A program made the translations under genes and the position numbers. Positions 46,726 to 56,023 of a stretch of 64,000 nucleotides of DNA are shown piece by piece. Numbering within the stretch: the first letter of the stretch is position 1; the number at the start of each line of letters is the position of its first letter. This stretch comes from Arachnia sp. (GTDB lineage: Bacteria > Actinomycetota > Actinomycetes > Propionibacteriales > Propionibacteriaceae), in assembly GCA_052089385.1 (NCBI GenBank), contig JBQCZU010000004.1:42269-106268 (forward strand), read 5' to 3'. Under the pieces are notes generated by a model. That model ran no database searches, was not told where the DNA came from, and saw nothing but the letters and a program-made list of their open reading frames with translations.

Positions 46726-48372
46726 TCAGGCATCGTGTGGCGTGGGGGGTGGCCACTGGGCTCGGTCGCCCGGAGCTGCCGGTGGCGGTTGCGGCCCTGC
46801 TGGCTCCGTCATGGCGGAGGTGGCAAGGAGTTCCATCCGTTGGAGCCATTGTGTCGTCGATTCCTGGTGGCGGCGCCGCAGTGCATGGGTGGCAGCGGTC
46901 TCGAGAGCCTCGAGCACGGCACCGGGTTCCAGGTGATGGGCGCGGAGAAGGACCCGTCCATCGACCCCGGCCACTTCGAAGCTGGTGAGGCGAAGGGCGC
47001 GTTGCAAGGGTCCGCGAGCGACTTTGAGCGATTGAATGCGCTCATGGGGGACGAAACTCGCCCAACGGCTGAGACGACCTCCACGGATGATGATTCCGCG
47101 CTCGGTGATGAGCAAGCCGTTGCGCCGCCAGCCGATGGGGTCGAGCCAGCGCGCCGAGGGTGGTGATGCGAGGAAACCGGAATCGGAGCCCACGCCCTCC
47201 AGCGCTGCGTCGATGACACCCCGGGCGTCGCCCACTCCGAGTTCAGGCAGCACGAGCCACAGTGCGGTCAACGCTTCCCCGCGCTCGCCGACGGGAAGCA
47301 ACACGTTTGCACTGACGAGCTCATTGGCGTCACCGCCGCCGTGGCCAGCGACGTTGGCATTCACCCGCCACCAGCCTTTTCGGCGCCACAGCCACGGCTG
47401 TTTGAGACCTACTGCATGGACCCGCCCCGGCGGCAGCGTCTGGGTGCGCTGCTCGAGCAGGCCATGACGCAGCCGGATGCCGTCCACGGAGACCGCGGAT
47501 CGGAAGTTGAAGCCAAGGTTGAATTGTGACCACAGCATCGCGCCCCAGGCCAGGAGGCCGGGTGCGGCAGGGATCAGCGCCGCCACGGATTGGGTCAGCA
47601 GCGCTCCAGCTACGAGTGAAGTCATCAGCACAAGAAAGAGGATCAGGGCGCCGGAGCGCACGAGGGAGGCAAAGAGACGGTCGGTCGGCACCGTGTGTAC
47701 CGGGGTCTCGGTACTGTCGACGTTCGGTGGGACGGTGGTGGCTTGCCGGTCGGTCCCGGTGTCCTTCGAAGGCGTTGGTGACGGTCCCGCGGGGGTTGCC
47801 GCGCCTTCCTGTCGACTTTCCTGGATCCTGGCGAGTACCTCGCGACGCAATCTGTGCACTTCGTCGTCGCGAAGGTAGGCAAGATCGACCGCGGAACCAC
47901 CGGCCGTCTCGACGCGCAACCGGGAGAGGCCGAAGATGCGCCCGAGCAGAGGACGGACGATGTCGACCGTCTGGATGCGGTTGAGCCGGGCGTGGCGCTG
48001 TTGACGGAACACGATACCGCTGTGCAGGTAGACGGCGTCACGTCCGATGGCGTAGCGCATGCGGTACCACGCGAGCGCGGAATAGCCGAGGACGAGCAAC
48101 GCGAGCAGTGCGAGAATGCCGCCGCCGATGAGCGCGACGAGACCCCAGTCGACACTGTCGCGCTCATCCCACACCTCCGTGAGGATCTGGAAGTTCTGGA
48201 ACAGCCCGAACCCAATGAAGAGCGCCAGCAGCTTCCACACGTTGAGCACGGGGGTGATCTTGTGCACGCGTCGCCACTCCACCGACGACTCGACCGGGGC
48301 GGGTCCGCTCTGGTCAACCTCAGGGGATGCCGACGTCGTGGGCGGCTCGTGGTGTGCGAAGGACTCGCTCAC
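46726..48372 (-). CDS. Membrane protein with repeated bacterial PH (bPH_2/DUF304) domains, YdbT-like
   Basis: There are three TM-hairpin plus PH-like units. The GTG start overlaps the upstream stop (GTGA). It is paired with a YdbS-like gene. Confidence 0.7.
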   Translation of the reverse strand: MSESFAHHEPPTTSASPEVDQSGPAPVESSVEWRRVHKITPVLNVWKLLALFIGFGLFQNFQILTEVWDERDSVDWGLVALIGGGILALLALLVLGYSALAWYRMRYAIGRDAVYLHSGIVFRQQRHARLNRIQTVDIVRPLLGRIFGLSRLRVETAGGSAVDLAYLRDDEVHRLRREVLARIQESRQEGAATPAGPSPTPSKDTGTDRQATTVPPNVDSTETPVHTVPTDRLFASLVRSGALILFLVLMTSLVAGALLTQSVAALIPAAPGLLAWGAMLWSQFNLGFNFRSAVSVDGIRLRHGLLEQRTQTLPPGRVHAVGLKQPWLWRRKGWWRVNANVAGHGGGDANELVSANVLLPVGERGEALTALWLVLPELGVGDARGVIDAALEGVGSDSGFLASPPSARWLDPIGWRRNGLLITERGIIIRGGRLSRWASFVPHERIQSLKVARGPLQRALRLTSFEVAGVDGRVLLRAHHLEPGAVLEALETAATHALRRRHQESTTQWLQRMELLATSAMTEPAGPQPPPAAPGDRAQWPPPTPHDA

Positions 48373-48905
48373 AGTCCCTCCAGCTTCGCCTCGCCACGTT
48401 CGGTGAGTTGGTCGCGCAGCCGCGATGCCTCTTGACGCGGCAACCCGGGCACGGTGGCGTCAGTGGCAGCGGATGCGGTTTGCAGCTGCACGGTGGCAAG
48501 GTGAAGGCGACGCATGATGGGCCCCTCCTGGACATCGACGTACTGCATGCGTCCGTAGGGGACGACCGTCAATTGACGGAAAAGAATGCCTTTGCGGACA
48601 AGGAAGTCCTCGTCGCGCTCGGCATACCCCATCGCTCTGACCTGGCGGGGGATGAGCCATCCCAGCCAGGCCGCAATGATCACCAACACACCGGCCAGGA
48701 ACCACAGCCATGGCGTCACGAAGACGGCGAGGGCAATGGCGCCAAGCAGCGGTGGCGCGATCCATAGCGCGGAGACCACCAGTCGGGCGGTGGCCAGCCC
48801 GGCGGAAACGGATTGGAACACCACTGCGCTCGGTGCGAAGGGATCACCGCCAGGTGTTGACGCGATGGATGGCAGCGGCTCGGTCTCGGTCTCTTCTTGA
48901 TGCAT
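48369..48905 (-). CDS. bPH_2 (DUF304) domain membrane protein, YdbS-like
   Basis: A TM hairpin is followed by LIPRQVRAMGYAERDEDFLVRKGILFRQLTVVPYGRMQYVDVQEGP, the typical YdbS core. Confidence 0.7.
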   Translation of the reverse strand: MHQEETETEPLPSIASTPGGDPFAPSAVVFQSVSAGLATARLVVSALWIAPPLLGAIALAVFVTPWLWFLAGVLVIIAAWLGWLIPRQVRAMGYAERDEDFLVRKGILFRQLTVVPYGRMQYVDVQEGPIMRRLHLATVQLQTASAATDATVPGLPRQEASRLRDQLTERGEAKLEGL

Positions 48906-49190
48906 ACTCAGCACTCCGGGGTTTTGCGAGGATTCTCTGTCACGGTGCCTGCGCGAGGCTAGTGCACGCGCACCGGCGGGCTCAAGCACACACCGCCACA
49001 CCCATGTGATCCCGACTACCCGTGCTGAGCGTTGATGGGGGACAAGACTGTGGCGTCAAGCGCATGGTGGGGATGGGAATGGTCGTGGGACAGGACCTGA
49101 CCGGTTGAGTCCAATGTCTTTCGGTCGCGCAGGACAGTACGCTCGCACACACAGCGCAGCCAACCGTCGATCCAATTCTGAGGAGCACTC

Positions 49191-50198
49191 GTGCGACATG
49201 TCCTGCCCATCGTGGCCATCGGTGCAATGGGTGGAACGATCGCGATGAAGCCGTCTACCCCCCACGGGGCCAGCGCCCCGGGACTCGAGGCGCAGGACCT
49301 GGTGGATGCGGTGCCAGGGCTCTCCGACATTGTTGAGCTGCACATTGAGAACATCTGCAACCTGGCGTCGCCGTCGATCAGTGTCACCGACGTTCTGCAG
49401 GCGCTCAACTTCGCCCGTCGGGCGGTGGCCGCGGGCGCCGTCGGGGTCGTCATCACCCATGGCACAGACACTCTGGAGGAGACCGCCTACTTGCTGGACC
49501 TGCTGTGGGACGAGGCGGCACCCATCGTGATCACGGGTGCGATGCGCTCGGCCACAGCGGCCGGAGCGGAGGGCCCGGCAAACCTGTTGGCAGCGGTGAT
49601 GACTGCAGTGTCACCGCAGGCCAGGGGACTTGGCGTGCTGACATGCCTCAACGACACCGTCCATCTCGCGTCGCGAGTGCAGAAGACGTCGTCAATGGCC
49701 GTGGAATCGTTCGACTCGCCCGGCTTCGGTCCCATCGGGCGGCTGGTGGAGAGCGAGTTCCACCTGCTGTGGGGGCTGGTGTCTCCCAGACCCGACGCCT
49801 TGCCCGAGCCCGGTACCGGAGCCATTGACGTGGCCCTTCTGGAATGCGCATTCGGAGATGACGGCCGACTCGTGCAGGGAGTCCGGGCAGCAGGTTTCAG
49901 AGGGCTTGCCCTCAGCGGACTCGGAGTGGGACACGTGTCCATCGCTGTTGCCGACGCACTCTCCGAGGCGATCGAGGCCGGCATGATTGTGGTCGTGGGG
50001 TCGCGTACGGCCTCGGGTGGCACGGCGACGAACCTGTACGGATATCCGGGCTCTGAAGCAGATCTCATCAGCCGTGGAGTGATCATGACCGGCACCCTCT
50101 CGCCGCGCAAGGCCCGACTCCTGCTGCACGTCCTGCTCAGCGCCGGGTATGACCAGGCCGCCATCCGGGCCCGCATGATGCTGCACGCCTCGACGTAA
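49191..50198 (+). CDS. ansA: L-asparaginase
   Basis: IGAMGGTIAM with the catalytic Thr, and HGTDTLEETAYLL. The GTG start follows GAGGAG. Confidence 0.85.
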   Translation: MRHVLPIVAIGAMGGTIAMKPSTPHGASAPGLEAQDLVDAVPGLSDIVELHIENICNLASPSISVTDVLQALNFARRAVAAGAVGVVITHGTDTLEETAYLLDLLWDEAAPIVITGAMRSATAAGAEGPANLLAAVMTAVSPQARGLGVLTCLNDTVHLASRVQKTSSMAVESFDSPGFGPIGRLVESEFHLLWGLVSPRPDALPEPGTGAIDVALLECAFGDDGRLVQGVRAAGFRGLALSGLGVGHVSIAVADALSEAIEAGMIVVVGSRTASGGTATNLYGYPGSEADLISRGVIMTGTLSPRKARLLLHVLLSAGYDQAAIRARMMLHAST

Positions 50199-50200
50199 GC

Positions 50201-50860
50201 CTATTCAGAGGTTCCTGGGTCGGACGTTTCCGGCGGATCCTCCGGTTCAGGGAGAGTTTCACCCTCGATCGCGCGCATCGTCTCGCGATCAATCGTGATG
50301 GACATGACCCCGGACAGCACCTTTGCGGCCTTGGCCATCAGTTGATGACGCTCTGCATCGGAGGTGGTGGAACCCGCCTTCCGCACGAGCTTGATGGCGA
50401 TGTCCGCCTTCGGTCGGTCGGTCACTGACAGATGGTCGATCCCCAACCGTGTGGCGGAACCCAGCGCTGCCCGCCACAACACCTTCAACTCCGCGGCTGC
50501 GGCGACTGTTTCGTCAACGGTCCACCCGTCGCGGTGGTCGTCCCACACGGTGAGGCTCGTGAAGAATCTCTTGGACGAGGGAACAGCGACATCCCACAGG
50601 GCCGAATTGGTGATGGTCCACACCACATCGGTGCGCAATTCGCCGAGTTCCTGCTTGATGCTGTCCACGAGGTGGATGCCAGCATCGCGGCGACTGCTGT
50701 AGGACGCCACGTCATAGGAGGATTCGGGCCGATGCGGCAGCGCACTCCACTCGCCGTCCCGGGATACGGAAAGACGCCTCCCCGTCCAACTGGCGAGCTT
50801 GATGACGAGGAACACGGCAATACCGATGACCCCGCCGACGGCCAACCCAATCCACAGCAT
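50201..50860 (-). CDS. Hypothetical membrane-anchored protein (single N-terminal TM, acidic Pro-rich C-terminus)
   Basis: MLWIGLAVGGVIGIAVFLVIKL is a TM helix. No motif was recognised. It lies downstream of the two-component system on the same strand. Confidence 0.5.
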   Translation of the reverse strand: MLWIGLAVGGVIGIAVFLVIKLASWTGRRLSVSRDGEWSALPHRPESSYDVASYSSRRDAGIHLVDSIKQELGELRTDVVWTITNSALWDVAVPSSKRFFTSLTVWDDHRDGWTVDETVAAAAELKVLWRAALGSATRLGIDHLSVTDRPKADIAIKLVRKAGSTTSDAERHQLMAKAAKVLSGVMSITIDRETMRAIEGETLPEPEDPPETSDPGTSE

Positions 50861-50986
50861 CGAGGAGCCTATCCTGCGACCACGAAAGAAGCGGCCACAC
50901 GGATCCGCCTGATTCGCAGAGCGCCCCGGTTCATGACACCAACGTACCTGCGGGGGATGCCGTGCCTCCTTGATGTGTGGGCCACG

Positions 50987-51640
50987 TCAACGGCCGAGCA
51001 GCCCGCACTCGTGCGCGACGAGGACCAGACCCACACGGTCGCGAGCTCCCAGCTTGCTGAGGAGTCGACCGATGTGGGTCTTGACGGTTCCCTCTGCCAT
51101 GTAGAGGCGCTGACCGATCTCGGTGTTGTTGGCGCCATGAGCCACCTCCAGCAGTACCTCACGCTCGCGGTCCGTCAGGCTTGCGAGTGGATCGACATCA
51201 CGACCTCGGCCGTCGGGCAATGACTTGGACACGTGGTCCAGGAGGCGGCGCGTCGCCGTTGGTGCGACGACGGCTGCGCCCGAGGCGACGCTGCGGATCG
51301 CGCCCAACAGGTCGTCGGGGAGCGCATCTTTCAACATGAATCCGGATGCTCCATGGCGCAGGGCCGCAAAGACGTATTCGTCGAGGTCAAAGGTGGTCAG
51401 CACCAGTACCCTGGTGTTGATGCCCAGTTCCTGGATCTGGCGAGTGGCTTCCGTCCCGTCCATGATGGGCATCCGGATGTCCATCAGGACGATGTCCACA
51501 GCGCGGGTCTTCACCATGGCGACGGCGTCGGCGCCGTTGGCAGCCTCGCCGACCACCTCCATGTCGTCAGCGGCGTCGACGAGCATGCGCAGTCCGCTGC
51601 GCACCAGTGCCTGGTCATCGGCCAACAGGACGCTGATCAT
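50987..51640 (-). CDS. NarL/LuxR-family response regulator
   Basis: Receiver domain (VLLADDQALVR, DIVLMDIRMP) and LuxR HTH (LTDREREVLLEVAHGANNTEIGQRLYMAEGTVKTHI). ATGA overlap with the kinase gene. Confidence 0.95.
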   Translation of the reverse strand: MISVLLADDQALVRSGLRMLVDAADDMEVVGEAANGADAVAMVKTRAVDIVLMDIRMPIMDGTEATRQIQELGINTRVLVLTTFDLDEYVFAALRHGASGFMLKDALPDDLLGAIRSVASGAAVVAPTATRRLLDHVSKSLPDGRGRDVDPLASLTDREREVLLEVAHGANNTEIGQRLYMAEGTVKTHIGRLLSKLGARDRVGLVLVAHECGLLGR

Positions 51641-52869
51641 GATCGTTCTCTCTCCCGTAGCCAACTGCGGCCCAGTTGTGTGGGCATGGGTAGTTGCGCG
51701 GAGACCTGCCAGCCGCCGCCCAGGCGGGGCCCGGCCGTGAACGTTCCACCCATGGCCGTGACCCTTTCCCGCATACCCCGGACACCGGAGCCAGCCTGGT
51801 CGATGGCGGTGGTGCCGGCAATGCCGTCGTCTATGGTGCGGATGGCGATGCAACCGGGCTCAAAGCTCAAGCTCACCTCTGCCTCCGCCGTCGGGCCGGC
51901 ATGCTTGAGGAAGTTCGTCACACTCTCCTGCACCACGCGGTAGGCGGCCAGGCCGAGCGAGTCGGGAACCGGTGGGTACTCCTCGGGAATGCTCAGAGCT
52001 ATGCGCCCGCCCGCCGCCGCCACCATGTCCGGTATTTGTCGCAGTGACGGCGTGGGATCGAAAGCGGCCTGTTCCTCGCCGCGTAGCAGCGCGACGATGC
52101 GTCGCATCTCCACGATCGATGTACGCCCAGTCTGGGCGATCACGTCGAGTGCCTCGACGGCTCGCTCCGGGCGCTTCCCTGCCATGGCTTTGGCCCCCTC
52201 GGCCTGCACGACAATCACCGACAGTGAGTGCGCCACCACGTCGTGGAGTTCGCGCGCCACGTCTGTGCGGGCGCGGTCATCCGCCATCTGAGTGGCGTGT
52301 GCGCGGTTCATGGTGCTGGCGGTGTAGCGCTCCTCTGCCAGCGTGCGGTCCAGCACGTCGGAGCGTGACAGCTCCTGCAACCGACGCCCACCGAGGTAGG
52401 CGACCGCCACGAGTGAGAGGCAGAGTGTGATGAGCAACGCGCCCGATGTGAACTGCTGCCCATCGGCCACGTTTGTCAGCCACGACAGTGGGCCGGCGAC
52501 AGAGGCGACCGCGCCAATCACGAGGACGAACCAGCCCAAGGGGCCCTCGCACCACCGCGCGACCGAGTAGACGATGACGAGCACCGTTGCGATCGCGGGG
52601 GCAGGCCCATCCAGCTGAAGAACCATGCCGATCCCGGCCACAGTACACAGAGCGACAGCGAGCCACGGCACCACGCGTCGTACCGCGAGCGAGCTCACCA
52701 TCAGCCCCGGCCACAGTAAGTGGGGGAGAAGGTTGACGTCACGCAGCGGCCAGATCATGGGGGCCACGAGCAGCGAGAACGCTCCGAGGGCAACAAGGGC
52801 GTCGATGCCCAACCGTCGGCGGTCCTTCGAGAACCCGGAGAACTGCATGGGCGCCAGCCTAGAGCCCAT
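51637..52869 (-). CDS. Sensor histidine kinase (HisKA_3 / NarX-DesK type)
   Basis: The N-terminal sensor has 5-6 TM helices. H-box ARELHDVVAHSLS. HATPase_c region (VTNFLKHAG...GSGVRGMRERV). The start is ambiguous: 52875 GTG, 52869 ATG or 52848 ATG. Confidence 0.9.
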   Translation of the reverse strand: MGSRLAPMQFSGFSKDRRRLGIDALVALGAFSLLVAPMIWPLRDVNLLPHLLWPGLMVSSLAVRRVVPWLAVALCTVAGIGMVLQLDGPAPAIATVLVIVYSVARWCEGPLGWFVLVIGAVASVAGPLSWLTNVADGQQFTSGALLITLCLSLVAVAYLGGRRLQELSRSDVLDRTLAEERYTASTMNRAHATQMADDRARTDVARELHDVVAHSLSVIVVQAEGAKAMAGKRPERAVEALDVIAQTGRTSIVEMRRIVALLRGEEQAAFDPTPSLRQIPDMVAAAGGRIALSIPEEYPPVPDSLGLAAYRVVQESVTNFLKHAGPTAEAEVSLSFEPGCIAIRTIDDGIAGTTAIDQAGSGVRGMRERVTAMGGTFTAGPRLGGGWQVSAQLPMPTQLGRSWLRERERS

Positions 52870-53406
52870 GACCACACCGGCGGGTCAGACTGCAGGCCCC
52901 GGACTGACTTTCGCTGCTGGACCACGGTCTGACGTGAGTGTTTTGTCGGTGATATGGCGACAACCGGGAAAACGAGGGTGGTGGTCGGTGACCTGCACGC
53001 CGCCAACGAATCCAACCGATTGCGCGTCATGGCTGGACTCAAGATCCGGCTAGAACGCCCTCGGGCAACAGCTTTTCGTCATTCGGGAATGACCGGTATG
53101 ACGTTTGCGATCATGCCCGTATCGGGAGCCCTGGTGCTCTGGATTCTCAGCTGTGTACATCATGAGGCCCGTGCGCCATGTGATCGAGTTCATTCCTGCT
53201 GATGTCTCTGAGGGGTGACCGACGATGGGCGGAGCTGAGGTTGCCATCATCGCCCTTGTGGCGATTCTGCCGCTGGGTGATCTGAATGCTCTCCATGACA
53301 GGTCCGGAGGGGATCATCACACCATGCAGAAGGAGGATTGGACCATGATGTGATTCTGGCGCTTTGCTGGTCTGTGGATGGGTAGTGGCTCGGTACTGTG
53401 GAACTC

Positions 53407-53532
53407 ATGATACGTAAGGTCTTCTGGTTGTTCACGGTGGTTGCGACCACGTCGTTGGTCCTGAACGTCATGGACCAACGACGGGCCAAGCGACGTCGCG
53501 AGCTGTGGGCTGAGGCCACGGACCCGCTCTGA
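53407..53532 (+). CDS. 41-aa micro-protein resembling the actinobacterial DLW-39 family
   Basis: MIRKVFWLFTVVATTSLVLNVMDQRRAKRRRELWAEATDPL has an N-terminal TM helix, a basic stretch and an (D/E)LWAEATD C-terminal motif. Its stop overlaps the next gene's ATG. It is too short for the ORF track. Confidence 0.55.
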   Translation: MIRKVFWLFTVVATTSLVLNVMDQRRAKRRRELWAEATDPL

Positions 53533-54065
53533 TGCTGAAGGTCCTCGTCCTCTCGGACACGCATGCGCCCGGTCGCTGGAAGGGTGTGCCCGAGGCCCTG
53601 CTCGATCCGCTGCAGCGCTGTGACCTGATCCTGCACGCCGGGGACGTGTGCGTGCCCAGCGTGCTCGACGAGCTTGCGGCGTTCGCGCCCGTGCACGCTG
53701 TACTCGGCAACAACGACGGTGATGATGTGGCGGCGTGGGGCGCACCGCTGCAACAGGAGCTGGAACTCCAGGGCGTGCGCATCGCCATGATCCACATCGC
53801 GGGGAACAAGCAGGGTCGCGGCACACGGATGGGCGCCAGGTTTCCTGACGCGGACCTCGTGGTCTTCGGCCATTCGCACATGCCAGTGGACATGGTGGAA
53901 AATGGAACGCACCTGTTCAATCCCGGCTCACCGTCGGATCCACGGCGAGAACCCATGGCCAGCTTTGGGTGGCTGGAACTCGACGCGGGGAGCATTGTGT
54001 CGCATCGCATTCATCTGATTCCGCGGCCAGTTCCTGTGCGGCGACGCGCACGCACCATTTCCTGA
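53532..54065 (+). CDS. YfcE/MJ0936-type metallophosphoesterase
   Basis: LSDTH, HAGD, GNND and GHSH motif series in 177 aa. Confidence 0.85.
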   Translation: MLKVLVLSDTHAPGRWKGVPEALLDPLQRCDLILHAGDVCVPSVLDELAAFAPVHAVLGNNDGDDVAAWGAPLQQELELQGVRIAMIHIAGNKQGRGTRMGARFPDADLVVFGHSHMPVDMVENGTHLFNPGSPSDPRREPMASFGWLELDAGSIVSHRIHLIPRPVPVRRRARTIS

Positions 54066-54289
54066 ACGGTCGGGTCCCAGAGCACGCCTGCATCGTGCTG
54101 CAGATGAGGCTCCCGGAGCCGGGGAGAGATTTCTCCTCATGTAGCTGTAAACTGAGCCACTGATCGAACGGAGAGTGCAATGGATTCCAGCCACACGCCG
54201 CTCGACGTCAGCCTCGAAGCCGATGCAGGCTTCGCCACCAGCCTCCGCCGGCAGATCCGGCGACACGGGCCTGTCGTCGCGCAGCCGAG

Positions 54290-55882
54290 TTGATGACCCT
54301 GACGAAGGCCATGTCGGCGATCGTGGAGCAGAGCTCCCGTCGGCGCAGCATCGCCGTGATCTCACATCCCGATGCCGGTAAATCCACGCTGACCGAGGCC
54401 CTTGCTCTGCATGCCCACGTGATCAGCGAAGCGGGCGCCGTGCACGGCAAACACGGGCGGGCACGAGTGGTCTCCGACTGGCTGGAGATGGAGCAGAAGC
54501 GTGGCATCTCCATCACATCTGCTGCCCTCCAGTTCGCTTTCGAAAACGTTGTCATCAACCTCTTGGACACCCCTGGCCACGCTGATTTCTCCGAGGACAC
54601 CTACCGGGTGCTGACCGCCGTCGACGCCGTGGTCATGCTGGTTGACGCAGCCAAGGGTCTGGAACCGCAGACGCTGAAACTTTTCGAGGTGTGCAGGCGG
54701 CGCGGTGTGCCCGTCATCACGTTCGTCAACAAGTGGGACCGGCCGGGTCGCGAGGCCCTCGAATTGTGTGACGAGCTGGAACAACGCATCAATCTTCGCC
54801 CCACACCCGTGACATGGCCCATTGGGGTGGCCGGCGATTTCCATGGCCTGCTGGACGCCCGCACGAAGGACGTCACCCTCTACCAGCGGGCCTCCGGCGG
54901 TTCAACACTGGCGGCCGAACAGCACCCCAGTCTTGAGGCTGCCCGGGAGTCACTGGGTGTCGATCTCGACGAGGCGCTTGACTCCCTCGCCCTGCTGGAG
55001 CCCCTCGACGTCGAATCCTTTCTGTCCGGTGACACGACACCCCTGCTGTTCGGCACGGCTTTGACCAACATCGGTGTGCGTCAGCTCCTCGACGTCATCT
55101 CCGAGCTGGCACCCCCGCCGTCAGCCCGCCCGAATCAGAAGGGGGGCGAACGTCACCTGGGTGCCCCCTTCAGCGGGTTCGTCTTCAAGATGCAGGCAGG
55201 CATGGACCCGAACCATCGGGACCACGTCGCTTTCGTCCGGGTCTGCTCCGGGGAGTTCCAGCGCGGCATGGTCGTCACGCACGCAACCACCGGCCGGGCG
55301 TTTGCGACCAAATACGCACTCTCGATGTTCGGACAGGCACGAGAGACCGTCGAAACTGCCTACCCCGGTGACATTGTCGGACTGGTCAATGCCGCCAACC
55401 TCGGGGTGGGTGACACGCTCTTCGACCCCGCCGGGTCGGCCGTGGAATTTCCCCCGATGCCGGTCTTCAGTCCCGAGCACTTCGTCACGGCCTACGCAAC
55501 TGATCCCGGGCGTTCCAAGCAGTTCCGGCGAGGGATTGCCCAGCTGGAGAAGGAGGGCGTCGTTCAGGTCCTCGTCTCGGAGTTGCGCGGTGACGCCGTG
55601 CCGACACTGGCCGCCGTCGGCCCTCTCCAGTTCGAGGTTGCCTCGTTCCGGATGGAGCATGAGTTCAAGGCACCTATCCACATGGAACCGCTCAATTTCA
55701 CCGTCGCTCGGCTCGCCACCAGCACGGATGTGCCGCTTCTCGCCGGCCGTCACGGGCTGGAACTGGCCCGTCGGTCTGACGGTTCGGTCCTCGTCCTTCT
55801 GCGCGACGCATGGCGGCTGAGCTCGCTGCACCGCGAGGTCACAGGGCTCGAACTTCCAGCCCTGTCCGCTGGATCCCGTTGA
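54290..55882 (+). CDS. prfC: Peptide chain release factor 3
   Basis: HPDAGKSTLTE, DTPGHADF and NKWD GTPase motifs. RF3-length at 530 aa. Alternative starts are at 54293 and 54311. Confidence 0.9.
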   Translation: MMTLTKAMSAIVEQSSRRRSIAVISHPDAGKSTLTEALALHAHVISEAGAVHGKHGRARVVSDWLEMEQKRGISITSAALQFAFENVVINLLDTPGHADFSEDTYRVLTAVDAVVMLVDAAKGLEPQTLKLFEVCRRRGVPVITFVNKWDRPGREALELCDELEQRINLRPTPVTWPIGVAGDFHGLLDARTKDVTLYQRASGGSTLAAEQHPSLEAARESLGVDLDEALDSLALLEPLDVESFLSGDTTPLLFGTALTNIGVRQLLDVISELAPPPSARPNQKGGERHLGAPFSGFVFKMQAGMDPNHRDHVAFVRVCSGEFQRGMVVTHATTGRAFATKYALSMFGQARETVETAYPGDIVGLVNAANLGVGDTLFDPAGSAVEFPPMPVFSPEHFVTAYATDPGRSKQFRRGIAQLEKEGVVQVLVSELRGDAVPTLAAVGPLQFEVASFRMEHEFKAPIHMEPLNFTVARLATSTDVPLLAGRHGLELARRSDGSVLVLLRDAWRLSSLHREVTGLELPALSAGSR

Positions 55883-56023
55883 TCGGCACGCCAGACAGAC
55901 GCCCTCATCAATCCACCCGGAGCTCCACGAACCACCTCGTCGCTCCCGAATATCACGCAACACCCAACTGATACACACAGCCACGGGCCGAGAGGCCCAC
56001 TCAACGGAGGTATCCCAGAATCC

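Noticed and set aside
52876-53406. A ~530-nt gap between the sensor kinase and the DLW-39-like ORF, examined for an ncRNA or small genes. It has ORFs at 52954-53202(+) and 53050-53250(-), a local hairpin GTCATT-CGGG-AATGAC at 53078-53093, and long-range GGAATGA/TCATTCC pairing.
   Set aside because: The ORF translations are not protein-like and no known RNA motif was recognised. The pairings are short enough to arise by chance. The region is left unannotated.
54130-54160. AT-rich segment with stop codons in all three frames (TAG, TAA, TGA, TGA within 25 nt) between the phosphoesterase gene and prfC.
   Set aside because: This is expected for ordinary intergenic DNA, and no further structure or repeat is associated with it.
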